Positions 40,731 through 54,915 of a stretch of DNA of 64,000 bases are shown piece by piece. Location: NCBI RefSeq assembly GCF_009914755.1, contig NC_060926.1. The stretch is one strand, 5' to 3'. Numbering within the stretch: the stretch's first letter is position 1; each line of letters starts with the position of its first letter. Made by a program: the position numbers and the translations under genes. The notes under the pieces are model-generated. The model did not search any database. It had not been told where the DNA came from and worked only from the letters and a program-made list of their open reading frames with translations. The stretch comes from the human T2T-CHM13v2.0 reference genome, Homo sapiens.

Positions 40731-41288
<558 letters not shown>

Positions 41289-43384
41289 GTCTGTAGGAAC
41301 TTGCAATCCAAGATAATTTTAATCAAATCAGGGATTTGGTTGAGCTAATTTAAAGCTGAGCATCTGTCTCTGTGAGATCCAATATAGTTCTGATTGATGC
41401 TTGTTCCTGATAGACTTGGAAACCTCCTATCCAAAGCCTGGGAAGATTTTCAGTACTTCCTCCAATCCTTAGTAGCATTTAATCTTAAATTTGTAACCTT
41501 AGTCTTGGTAGTATTGTAAGTCCTTACCCTCTTAGAATTTTTTTTTTTCTTCAAATATTGATGGTATCTCTTTGAGGAAAGCAATCCCAAGTTCCGGGTT
41601 ACCTCTTTGGTTTTCTTCTTACCTCTGGTGGTCTTAGCTCATAATTCTTTACTGTCTTTGCAGCTCTCTAATGCTTTTAAAGAAGTTTTTGTTGTTGTTG
41701 TTGTTTTTAAATATTTTGAGCAATTCTAGCTCTTCTCAATGAGAGAGTTACTCCATATTCCCCAGTCTTTCATTATAAAAATTGGAACTCCTCTACTCCC
41801 CTGTAGTCATCTGTGGTCAGGATCTCTCATTCCTTGAAGATTTCTTGGCTCACTGTCAATAATTCTTGTACTGCAAAATTAATACATATGATTTTTCCAA
41901 TCTACTGCCCTTTCAGACACTTGCCCTTGTTTTTGCCAGTGATTGTGTCCTCCACCATGAATACACTGATCACTTTCATGATTGCATCTTACCTAGATAT
42001 TGTCATTATTAAGAACTGCTTTTCAACCTCAGACCAATATCCCTTCTCTTTCTAGTTTATTACCTCTGGAATCCCTCCTTGACCTTTAATGATCTGTTTT
42101 TCTATTTCTTTCTTATTTCCCAAATCTCTAAGTACTGTATGGTCTCAGAGTTCAGTGACCTGGTTTTTATGTACACTCCCTACTTTCATGACCATTTCCA
42201 GTCCAACAGTTTCCCCTCAAAGAAAGGCAGGAATCCATAGGAGGGGGTGTTCAGAGCAAGTAAAGAGACTTGTCCACAACCCAGGAACTTGGAATTAAAT
42301 TTAGAGTTGTGGATTTAAGTCTAGGTCAAAAATGGTCGGAAACAAAGATAGCAAAGAAAAATGAAGTATTGAAACTGGAAGAAATCTTGCCTCAGATAGA
42401 AAGCTTTCTAGACAATTTTTGTTTCTGTGGGAGCAAATTAATGAAATCTTGGGGCATTATTCTAGGGAATGAATAGTATAAATGCATTGGGAAAATAATA
42501 AATACACTTAAGTAAAATAAAAGTACTTCTAAAGGCTGGCAAAGAAACTTCCTTTTCTCCCCCTTACTCTGTAAACAAACCAACTAATTAGAAACAATCC
42601 TCTTTTGTAGTTTTCATTCCTTGGGATTACCAGTTATCATATTGAGGACAAAGAAAAACCACAGATATTACCTCCAAGAAGTCAGCTAGTTACATTGGAT
42701 TAGGTGCAGAGTTTTCTATAAGTTCTAAACAATTCTTTCACGGTAACATTTGAAAACCTTTGTCCTAGATTAGTCCCTTTCCACTATCATAATAATAAAA
42801 AATACTAACCTATAATTGTCACTGTCTGGAGGCAAATAAAGAGCCCTTCATTTCAACTTGTGTCATCAGGGGTATCTACTCTTGTAGTTCTCAGTGAAGA
42901 ATCTTGCCTTATTCTTGTGAAAGTTTGAAATGTTATGACACACGGTGCCATTCCTTCCACCCCGGAAAAGGTTCTAGGTCTATCTGGGCTCTCTGACACC
43001 TTGGATCCAGAGGTATTCCTAGGGCGGAATACTAGATTAATAATTCCTACACATCAAGGTGAAGATTCTTAAAACAAAATAAACAAAATGTAGATTATCG
43101 TCTTTTAATTCTGTTTATTAGAAAGTAGGATTATACAAAAATGCTTACATTCTTATTTCTATGAAGATAGGGAAAAGTACTATTTAAATAACATTTGACA
43201 TCAGAAATCTCCCTCTCCACCCCTCATATTCTAGTGGTTAGTTGCTTCTGCTAGGTCTCCATAGCAAGTTTTCATTATTTAGGAAATGATCGGATAACAG
43301 CATGGAGAATCTACCTGGTATAAAGGCCTGCTTACATCACATAATAGCACTATACTGGAACAAATGTTTTATATTTCTGCCTAG

Positions 43385-43500
43385 ATAAGCTGATCTGCAA
43401 ATGGGTTGTAAGGATTAAATAAGATAAACACTGCAAAATGTTTCCAACAGTGCCTGGCATATAAGGAGCACTCAATTGATATAATTGATCATCATCACCA
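43385..43500 (+). mobile_element. MIR 3' fragment
   Basis: GGGTTGTAAGGATTAAATAAGATAA...AACAGTGCCTGGCATATAAGGAGCACTCAAT. Confidence 0.7.
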
Positions 43501-43879
43501 TCTTCATGCTGGTAATTTTTATAATCATTATATTATCACACACTTTGTAAAGAACAGGTAAAAATTCACAAAATGTTTACAATAACTGGGAAAAATTACA
43601 ATGTAGTATACTTAATGCAACTATATAAAACATGTTAGAAGGTAAAGAACCATGCAGCTATTTGCAATCATGAACACAGTTTTATTACCATGGATTTTTT
43701 CCTAATTGTAGTATTTGATACATTATTGTCTTAGTTGTAAAAAATCATAGTCTCTTCTTGCTTTTAAACTAATCTTCCTCACCTACCAATAAATTAAGTT
43801 CAACTTCATTTTCAATTTGTTCAGTGAAAATGTGCAGTGAAATTCCCCTTAGGAGAACTCTAGATTAGTGTCACTGCAC

Positions 43880-44060
43880 TAATCCTCTATCGACCATCCT
43901 TGAAAGATATTTCAATCTCCTGGTGAATGCTTCCATGTTACTCATCCTAGGGCAGAGAGTTCTAATGGTTAGAAAATGTCTCCTTCTGCCGAACTTAAAT
44001 CTCTCTCCCAGTTATGGGCATCGATTGATTCCAGTTCTGCCTTCTGAAGCTGTACCAGTA
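43880..44060 (-). mobile_element. L3/CR1 LINE fragment
   Basis: GTTCTAATGGTTAGAAAATGTCTCCTT...AAATCTCTCTCCC...TTCCAGTTCTGCCTTCTGAAGC resembles antisense L3. Confidence 0.55.
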
Positions 44061-45929
44061 ATTCTAACATGTTCTGAGAAAAATATCCCTTCACTCTTAC
44101 AATAGGGGATTTTAAACAAGCCTAATCAAACAACGTGTCTATGGATGTGCGTGTCTGTTTTATTCATAACTTCAACAATGAGGAAATAATATAGTATTTA
44201 CACACAATGTTATGACTACATTTTATACATCTTAGGATTCTAATTTTAATGTGATTCATAATACTAATTATGTAAAGAAATTATTTCAATAAATGTTTTT
44301 AATAAATACATTTTTCTGTTTTAAAATTTAAACGTAAATTCAAAACTAAACTTAGGTTTGCAGTTGAAATATCTTGAAAGCACTTTCTGTCATTAACTAC
44401 ATATAATGTGCATATTAAGGAGAGTGTTACAAGCTTCCAATTTATAGAAAATGAGGTTTTTATCTTCTCTGCTGGATCTGTAAAATTTATGTTTAATTTT
44501 TTGAACTTCTGAAAGGAGAAATGCTTTTTGGTACACTAACCTTTCAAATGTCAGCCCAGCAGGAGAATTTTTGGAGAGCTCCGAATAATAGAAAACACAG
44601 CTTACTAATCACAGTTATCTTGCTGGTAGGTTTTCTTTTGCAAACACTGTTGTACACAGTGGTTCCAAAGATTACTAAATTGCCAAAAATGGTCAGAAAT
44701 TGAATCTGAAGTAGTTCTCCTAAATATTTGGTAGTTTATCTTTAACCTGATTTTTATCTTGGAATGTACTAAAAGTATAACACTACCTGAACTGAACATG
44801 CTTATTTTATAAATATAGTGTTTAGCTGGAGGTTAGTGTATTTGTTATTTTAGAAAGAGGGCATTTTATTTAGTTACCCATTTTTACAGTTTTAAAAATT
44901 TACAGTTAAATAAATGGAGTAAAAATGGTACTCTTGCAGCATGGTAATTTTACTTCTTGCCAAGATTCTATGATCCTTAAGTCATATTTAGAGGTTTAGG
45001 ATTTTTTTCCTTCCTTGAATATATAAAGACAAAACAGAGTAGAGAAAAGATGCAGTTTTAAAACTACATTCTGTAACAGTTAATTTATTTCACCCTTGAT
45101 GTGACAAAATGAAAGGTCAATACCGTCAGTCTTATGCAAGAATCATCAGGTGGAAAGTTTTTGTTTTTTCAAAGCATTTTTTTTCTCCTAATTTGGTCCC
45201 TTATGTATAGGTTGAAATTAGAGTTATTAAATTAGCCAAGAAAGAGAATTTTATGTGTTTTTATAAAGCAAGTAATTTTTTATTCAATAGACCACTGGAT
45301 ACAACCAATATTTTTTAAGCATCTGCTTTCTGGTAAACTAGGTATTTTTTATAAATGCATTTAATCGTATGAATGAAAATTACTATATCCATTATCAAAC
45401 AAAGAAACCTAGGCAAAAGGAATATACAATTTTTCTAAAATTATATAATAAATTTGGAGCGTCAGTGCTAATACACATAAATCCTAACTCTAGAGTTGTG
45501 ACATTTCCCTCTGAACTATGCTCCCGCTACAATAAGATACCAGATAATCAAATCAGTATGTACAAAACCGGAGTTCCTATTAAGACATTCCTGATGTAAG
45601 GCCTCTGGAAACTGTACATCCTGAACCTGTCTGACACTCTCTAAACAATTGTAATATGACATAGTATTTAATGTCTTATATGGATGCAAAATATCTTTGT
45701 ACATAGAATAAACACTCATTATTGCAATAGTACTGTTAATTGAATGGGATGGTTATATACTGACCACATAATTAATAGATGAGAAAATGGATGCAAAGAA
45801 GGCTTAGGGTTATCAGTATAGAATGAAAAGGGTAAGAACATTAAGAGACTCTCGGAACATCTGTCCTCCATCCCTGTTTGAAGAATCAAGATATTTCTGC
45901 ATTACCACCACTTAACCTTACAAATATAG

Positions 45930-45950
45930 CTCTCTCTCTCTCTCTCTCTG

Positions 45951-45985
<35 letters not shown>

Positions 45986-46028
45986 GTCTGTCTCTCTCTC
46001 TCTCTGTCTCTCTCTCTCTGTCTCTCTG

Positions 46029-46085
<57 letters not shown>
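45930..46085. repeat. Compound (CT)n/(CTGT)n-(CA)21 microsatellite
   Basis: Read directly; CA run 46044-46085. Confidence 0.97.
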
Positions 46086-46091
<6 letters not shown>

Positions 46092-47166
46092 TTGATTTCA
46101 TAACTTGGATTTGGACATGGTACCAGATGGTACTGAGCTCTGTTAGTTTTGGTAAGGATCTATAGAGAATATGTAAAACTTCTTCAGAAGTTGTTTAAAG
46201 TATTTACAGGAAGTATTATAAGCAAATTTGTGTTTATTATGGCTGACATTTCAACTTTCAATTTGTGTGACCATACACACTTCTAAAAGTTCATCATAAT
46301 TTTCTTAATATAAACTTGTAGTAGTTCACCGTTGATTAATTGTTACAGTACATGCAAAAAGATAAGTGCTTGGAGATACTGTGGATTGGTGAAAATTTTG
46401 TTCAATTTTTCTCCTTTTTTATATAGTTTTGAATTTTGTTGCCTCTGCCATAATATGACATGGGCATAAGGTTTGACAATGAAGGACATTTAGGTCAACA
46501 GATCCAAGAGCCCTAAAATAAAACTGTATAACACTTAAAAAGGATTCCTTCTTTTACCTTCATTTGCAAACTGTGAAATGCAAAACAACAAGTGTGCCTT
46601 AGGGATAATTTTAATATTTATCTTTCTTCCTTTAAGAACTATTTTTTTCTGAATATGCATTCTCAGCAAATATCCTGTTCTTGTAGACATGGCTGAGCAA
46701 TTCAGTTTTTTACTTGGTTGGGTAATTTCTTAAAATGCCTCTATAATCCAAATGTAAGTTTGAGTATAGCTTATTTCAGAGGTATTGAGTCTCAGGATCT
46801 CATCCAGCAATGAATGGAATTTAGCATATTCTGATACACAAAGCACACAATATTATAGTTCTAACAGACATAAAGAATTTCATAGTGCTTCGGACTTGTA
46901 AAATTATACTCAAGCAAGCACTAGCAGCCCACTATTGTTCCCTCACCCTTTCTTAATATTCAGGGAGCAGAACATTACTTTGAGATTTAAAAGTGGAGTG
47001 AACCCTATTTTCTTGAATGTTGAGAAATGCAGCTAAAAAGACTGGTCGAAGACAATGCTTAACAGCAGTGACACACATACATTTTTCTTGGTACCTGATC
47101 GTCTTTGTCTACTGTAGTAAAAATAAAATAATCACATTTTACTTGTGGATTTTAAATCACGTTTTA

Positions 47167-47464
<298 letters not shown>

Positions 47465-47689
47465 TTAAATCACATTTTAAATATTAAATTTTTAATAAAG
47501 AAATCCTATCTATCATTTATCTACAGAGAATTGAACCACCATAGGTAGAGAGAGCCATTTTCCTATTTTACAGATAAGTGAAAAAAAAAACCATTTACTA
47601 TACCTAAAGTTAACATTAAAAGGATACTAGCTGAACGGTGGTATCACAAAAGGAAAAAGACAACCTGGTAAATGCTTGCCACATAATCT

Positions 47690-47920
47690 TAATAGCTAAC
47701 ACATGCTTTGGGTCAAAATACATTGAGATGATACATACCTTACATGTATCATCTTATTTAATAGAAGAACCATATGATAGGTACTATTATTGTTCTGATT
47801 TTCAGCGAAGACCATGAAAACTTGGAAAGATTAACTGTATAGCTCAAGTTTTTTTAGTAGTTAGCAGATCTACATCTCCAAGTTTCTCTCCCATTTCCGA
47901 GCCTATGCACTTAACCATTC
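47690..47920 (-). mobile_element. MIR SINE
   Basis: AATAGCTAACACAT...TTACATGTATCATCTTATTTAA...GATAGGTACTATTATT...GCCTATGCACTTAACCA. Confidence 0.65.
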
Positions 47921-49074
47921 AAATGTAAACTTGGGTAAATAGTGTTTTATCTTCCCTCCACTCTAACTAACACCGTTTTGTTCCAGTTCCCAGGATAGAG
48001 AAAAGATGAGAAGGGATGAATGAGAACAACTGTTCATTAGTCCACCTTATTTCTGGGTCATTCCACAAGACCCCAAGTGTTTGGCACTTTTGTACTTTAT
48101 TCTGAGATTTTGTAGGTCCTAAGGCTTTGCTTCTCGGCCTTCCCAGAATTAAGGTTTTACCAGACTGCTAGTTTTCCAAATAAAATTATTTCTAGGACTG
48201 TATAGAATCCCTCATTAGAAATGCTAAATATTAAATTTAAAATGAGATGAACAAGGTGGCCTTGGTCAAAAATATAGCTATAACATTTATTAGAGGATAA
48301 AACACAGATATTAAATCAGATGCAATTATGTGTCATTGCAGTTAGAGTCACCCTGGGTGAATTAACCAGTTAATTTAGAATGTTGCTAAATGTATATTCT
48401 TGTTTTGAGTGGATCCAATTTGTATATGCATTCGTTTGTTATTCATTAGATTAAAAAATATTTAATGGGCCCCTACTATATTCAATAGATTGTGTCCATC
48501 ATGAGAATGCAAATATGACTACTAATGAATTTAAGAGAAAAAATAAATATCAGTGTCATGAGTTTTACAAATGAGTGATCTTTTGGATATCTTTGGTAAG
48601 ATGGGACAAAAACTATAAAAAATGAGAATGTAACTTCTGAAAAATTTGATGTCTTCATTTTAGTTGTAAAAATCCTCCTTTTCACATAAATGCTTACTAG
48701 CTCTGCTATAATGCTACACATATATTTGATCTGAATTTCAAATTTTGTGCACCTTCTCATGAATATTAATGTGAATATCGCTAAAAAATTTCCAAAATGG
48801 GTAACAGTAGAAAAAAAGCAAAGAAAAGAAGTTACCGGCTTGAATAAATCTCAGATTTACTAATAGAGTGAAACAAATCAAAGAGCAGAAGTCAGACTCT
48901 GATTTGTGGGGTAACCTTTCAAGGAGCTCACCAACCAACGAAAGAGGATATGAGATGGTCTAAAATTCTCTTTACAGTGCAATGATACATCAGAAATTTT
49001 ACTGGTGCCTTAAGTCTCAGAGCTCTAACTGGCTAACTGTGAAAAAAAGAAAGAGTTTTTCTGTTCTTTTCTTT

Positions 49075-49227
49075 TTTTTTTTTTTTAATGAGATGGAGTT
49101 TCCTTCTGTCACCCAGGCTGGAGTGCAGTGCTGCAATCTCGGCCCACTGCAACCTCCACCTCCCGGGATAAAGTGATTCTCCTGCCTCAGCCTCCTGAGT
49201 AGCTGGGATTACAGGCGCCCACCACCA
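49075..49227 (-). mobile_element. 5'-truncated Alu (right arm) inserted in an L1MA A-rich tail
   Basis: T tail + GAGATGGAGTTTCCTTCTGTCACCCAGGCTGG...CAGGCGCCCACCACCA; TSD TTCTTTTCTTT at 49064-49074 and 49228-49238. Confidence 0.9.
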
Positions 49228-49819
49228 TTCTTTTCTTTATTTTATGTTTTAAATTGACAGATAAAATTGTATGTATTTATCATGTACAGCATTATGTTGA
49301 AGTCTATATACATTGTGGAGTGGTTAAATCTAGCTAGTTAATAAATGTATTAACTCTCACAGTTATTCTTGTGGTGAGAAGGTTTAACATCTACTCCCTT
49401 TGCATTTCTAAAGAATACAATATATCATCATTACTATAGCCACTATGCTGTACAATAAATCTCTTTAATTTATTCCTCTCATCTAACTGTCACTATATAT
49501 CCTTTGACCACTATTTTCTCACCCTGCCTTCCCTGTAATTATCAGACTCTGATAACCACCATCCTCATCTCTACTTCTATCAGACCAACTTTTTTTTAGA
49601 TTCCACATGAAAGTGAAATTATGTGATATTTGTCTTTCTGGGCCTGGCTTGTTTCACTTAACGTAATGTCTTCCAGGTTCATTCAGGCTGTTATACGTAA
49701 GATTTTGTTTCTTTTTCATGTCTGAATAGTATTCAATTGTATATATATAACGTATTTTCTTTATCCAATCATCTGTTGATCATTTGTTGATGATTTCATA
49801 TTTCGGCTGTTGTGAATAG
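49228..49819 (-). mobile_element. L1MA-type LINE 3' end
   Basis: AATTGACAGATAAAATTGTATGTATTTATCATGTACAGC...TTAGATTCCACATGAAAGTGAAATTATG...GGCTGTTGTGAATAG. Confidence 0.88.
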
Positions 49820-52800
49820 AGGGAAAGGTATGTCAAGCAAACATTAGGGATATGTCATTAGCAATTGTGGGGATGGGGTTTAGATATCCGATCTTGTTAA
49901 TCAGATACTCATGTGCATTTGGCCTTATTGTCTCTAAATATTTTTGTAATGAGGAACCAGGAGAGGGAGAGTTTTACTGCTGTACACTCATCTTCACTAC
50001 ATTGGCAATGCAATCTAATCCCACACATGGAAATCACAATTATACAACATGGTGCCACTCCCACTAAAAACTAGCTCTGGGGATTGCAGATCTGTTTATT
50101 ACTGTAGTCTCATTGCTTTACTTCTATTTCTTATCATCCTTTTCTTTATTCCTGTGTCTAACTGAATGCTGAACCTAAGACTTTGTGTCTCACTCTTTAC
50201 CCATACTCACCCTGGGAACAGCTTTCTGCTTTTGATCTCTTAAAGTCTTATCTATGATAGTGTTTCTGATGCCACTGCATTTGCTCCTGGCAACTCCATG
50301 TAACCACCACTGGGGAATGAAAACCCAATATTTTCCTCAAATCTCACTGTCCGACATTCACAGCAATTTTCTGCCTTCCCTAACCTCAGCAACTCACCAC
50401 CTTTCTTTTCCATCTCACACACACCACCTAAAAATGACCATATGCGCAACCCAGCAATATCTCTTAATTCCAGCTTCCCAAAAGAGGATAAACTGGAATG
50501 TCGTGTTAGACCAACAATTCAGGGTAGGTAGCTGAAAAATGATGGGGTTTCAAAATAGCAGGCAGAATTGGATTTGATTTGAGAGATGACTGCGAAAGTT
50601 TCACAGACTGAAGTGTGTATTCACAGAATTTAAAGAAAATTTGGGAGGACTACATTCACACAGGAGGCCAGGCCATTACATTAGATGATGTTTGAAGTGA
50701 TAAGGAATTAGACTAAATGATTTGAACTCTGAAAGAGCTTTTGTGTTCTATTCTAGCTACCTATTTATTTTCTCTATTTACTATTGAAGCATGGATTACT
50801 TAACTGGCAGAAAAGAGTCATTTACATATAATCCCAGAGTATTTTTGCAAAATATATACTAGGTAGATTTTGATTATCAACCTCTTCCACATTTGACACA
50901 TGGGGCTTTATTTTCATTGCAATTGTAGTTTCAATTGCTAGAAGTTCACAATCAAATAACTTTTGTGTTGACCGTTGAGGTCAATTTTGATTTCATCCAA
51001 TTGATTTAGAAAGAATATTTCATGGAGAAATATACATTTCTGAGTGGCCAATTATTTTATTTATACTTATCACATTTTATGCTTTTTGAGTTTCCTTCGC
51101 TCCCTGAATTATCCTTGTAACTATGAATAAGTGGTTTTACTTTTATAGATGAGTGAAAGGAAGTAGCAAAGTTGTCAGTATCTCATATGCAATAAACCTT
51201 GCTAATGTAGAAAAAAATAGGTTTTCATATTATATTTTGGTAAGATCCAAAATATTGTAGGTGAAACAATGAATTATTTGCTGGTTGGGTAACATTTTTC
51301 AGGGCATTTGTGGGAAAGTTCTTATCTTGTAACAGATATGATTCGTGGCTCTCTCAGATGACCTTCCAACTAAGAATAATCACCAATAGTATGTCATGTA
51401 AAACTTAAATAAAAATGTGAAGATGAAAATTTGTACATAAACTAATTAAAATACATTATAAAAATGTGTTTAGACTCAGTATATAAAATGAAATTAAAAT
51501 ATTCATTTCAGAATATCATCTATTTCTAAAGTCTAATTGTTATGTATAAATAAATCCTATTGATTTAGAAGTGTTAAATACGTCCTCATATTGCAACAAT
51601 ACATACTACATGTTTATAAAAAGGAGAACTTTTTTAAAAAAATGGATCTCATGCTACCTAAAAAAATAGTTATAAGAATTCAATATATTTCTAAGTATTT
51701 ACCTGATTTCCAAAGTGTTTGGCAATATGTTAACAAACCTTGTACTTTTAAAGAATTATGTAGGTGAATTAAAACATCTTCCTCAAAATTAACATAATTT
51801 GAAATAAATATAAACCTAAGTTATCTCTTACTACAGTATTATCACATCAGTTTTCTCTTATCACATCAGCTTTCATACTTCAGTGACTTTGTTCACACGA
51901 TTAAATGTAGCTTCCAATAACCCTTAAACTTTTTTCAGGGTTTGTAAAATCTACATAATTTTTAAAGGGTAGCTCAGATGTCATTTCTTCTTGTACACTC
52001 TTTGTGATCTATCCTAAGACAGAATTTTGTATTTACTTCTAATTGCAAGAAAATAATCATATAATAATATCCTTTGTAGACTTAAAATATTACACAAGGA
52101 TCTCTGTTTTCTAGGAGGATGTAGTGTGTTGTATCAAAGAAATGTTCACTCTACATCCTGTAAAAAACAAAACAAAAACAACAGAATTATACAAAAAAAC
52201 TCATATTTTAAAAAAATGTCAGAGAGCTGTGAAATCAATGCAGACTGTATCAACAAAAATGCTGGATAAGGGAAGAACTTTTCTGAGGTGAGCTGATGAT
52301 TGCCTGGCAGTTTGCCTTTGAGAATACTAGAGATTACATACTTAAGTCAAGGACCTCTACTGAGAACAAGAGAAAACAGAAAAATGTGTAGTGTTGGACA
52401 AGACTGAAGTGAACAATTTGATTTTGATGGGCCACAAATGTCCGAAATGCATGGTTGATTTTAAGCACTGAATGCTTGCTTTTTCACGAGGCTTCAAGAG
52501 AAGTTGGGAAGTTAGCCTGAATGCTTCTGAATGACAAAGGCAATTATCTTGTAGTTCCATGGCATTTAGGAAAAATTCTTCTGGGGAAAATAAGTTGGTC
52601 TAAGCCCATGATGAGACTCTCACTCAAAATGTTTGTCAGATAACTTCCATGGGGCTGGAGGTAGAAGGGCTGGACTCAGAAGTTCACATACCTGGGAAGG
52701 GCATCTGAAGAGCATAGATAGACTTCCCATGGTCTTTCAGGACTGGAAAAAGCTCAGAAGAGCTGCACCCTAGGAACCGAAGGAAATTAGAGGTAGACAG

Positions 52801-54176
52801 AACCTTACTATAATGTAGCACAGCCCCTCCTCAGCTCAACTATGAATATTGAGCTGATCAATCTTATCTACTTAACAGAGTAAATAAATATCTTCCTTTC
52901 TGGAATGATATCACAAGAATAACATAGCACAGCCCCTTCTCATCTCAACTACTAACGTGATTGAGCTAATCAATTGTATCTGCTTAACCGAGCAAAAAAA
53001 AAATCTTTTCTGGAATAATATCATATATATAAATATATCATATGTATATATCTCATATATACATATAAAAATGCAAAAATAACATAAAAATAAAGATAAA
53101 TGAAGTAAAATCATGGATGACCCTGATATTGGTGAAAATGGAAATGAATATTAAAATCACTGTGTTTATTATATAAATGTAAAGGGGGAAAAGTTGCACA
53201 AAATGAAAAGAAAGGACAATTTTACTAGATATGTTAAATTTATAAAAATAACCAAATATGCATTCTAGAAAAATAATATGTTAGTAAAGTTAGTAACTTG
53301 ATATATGTGTTTAAGTGCAGATTGGATACAGCAATAGACAGAATTAATAGACTGGAAGACAAGTAAATATTGTCCAACTGAAGCAAAAAGAGAAAAAAAT
53401 GAAAAGAAAAATCACAGTATAAGAGACATTTGGGATCTGTTCAAAGACTTTATATGTAAAACTGGATTCTTGGAAGGAGAGCAGAGAGGAAATGAGGCAG
53501 AAGCAATACTGGAAATGTAAATGACTAAGAATTTTCCTCAAATGTTAAATTATGTATACCCACAGATTGAATAATCTTAATGAACCCCAAGTATAATAAA
53601 CACAAAGAAAACCACACCCCGTTACATCATAGTAAAATTGCTAAAAATCAAAGACAAAGAGAAAATCTCAGAACCAGCCAGAGAAGACACATGATCTTAA
53701 AGAGCAATAATAAAACAGACAGCTGGCTTCTCAAGAAAAACACTGGAAGCCTGAAGAAAATGAAATGGTATCTTTAAAAGGCTTAAAAAATCAACTTAGA
53801 TTTCAATACTTGGTAAAAAAAAATGCTTCAAAAATAAATATAAAATAAAGCTTTTTTTAAAAAAGAGAAAAACTGAGGAAAATGCCAGATTCCTGAATAA
53901 AAAGGAATTCTAAGAGGAATTCTTTAAAAAAAAAAAATCACGTTCAGAAATTTCAAATGAAATTAAGAACAACAGAAAGGGTAAATATGTAGATAAATAT
54001 AAACGAATATTGAGAGTATACAAGTATTTTTAATATTGTCTAAAATTTAAAATATATCCAGAAATAAACTGCATAGCAATAATAATACAAATAGTAGAAT
54101 AATGTAAAGTTAAAAGAGTCTAAGTTTCTAATGATAACAGGGAAATGTTAAAGCAGTGTTTTGTATGAGACAGTAA

Positions 54177-54697
54177 GTGATTATTAACTTTACGAGCCAA
54201 CTTGATTGGGCTAAGAAGTACCCAGGTAGCTGGTAAGGCATTATTTGTTGGCATGTCTGTGAGGATGTTTCCAGAAGAGATTGCTATTTTAATCAATGAA
54301 CTAAGTAAGGAAGATCTGCCCTCATCTAGTGTGGGTGTGCATCATCCAATAGGTTGGGCTTAGGTAGAAAAAAAAAAAGAAAAAGAGGAAAGGTGAATTT
54401 GCACTTTCTTTCCTGGAGCTAGGACACATATCCTTTCCTGCCCTTGGATATCAGTATTCCAGTTTCTCACACCTTTTGCCTTGGACTGAGAGTTTCACCT
54501 AGTTCTCAGGCCTTCAGACTTGAGAGTCGAATGATGCTACTGGCTTCCCAGTTTCTCCAGTTTGCGGATGGCCTCTTGTGAGACTTCTCAGCCTCCATTA
54601 TTGTGTGAGCAGTTTCATAACAAATTCCCTTTTATGTATTTACATCTATATCTATATCTACTATGGGTTCTGTTTCTCTGGCGAACTCTGACTAATA
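54177..54697 (+). mobile_element. ERVL solo LTR, MLT2 family
   Basis: GCCAACTTGATTGGGCTAAG...GGCATGTCTGTGAGGATGTTTCCAGAAGAGATT...GGTTCTGTTTCTCTGGCGAACTCTGACTAATA. Confidence 0.88.
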
Positions 54698-54737
54698 AAT
54701 CGTAGTACAATAAGGTTGCATTCCGTAATGTCTAGAG

Positions 54738-54915
54738 TAGTGGTGCTCATAGTCCCCAGACCAGCAGCATCAGCATAAACTGAAAATATAATAGAAATGC
54801 ATATTCTTGACCTCATCCCAGAGCTACTGAATTTAAAATTCTGAGGATAAGGCTTAGTAAAGCTCTGTTTTAAGCAGCTCTCCAGGTAATTCTGATTAAC
54901 ATTTGGAATTTGAAA
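54738..54915 (+). mobile_element. MER5A hAT-Charlie MITE
   Basis: GTCCCCAGACCAGCAGCATCAGCAT...TAGAAATGCATATTCTT...CTCCAGGTAATTCTGAT. Confidence 0.8.

Noticed and set aside
47960-47995. Branch point plus acceptor (CTAACTAAC...TTTTGTTCCAG)
   Set aside because: No convincing donor downstream; isolated acceptor-like sites are common
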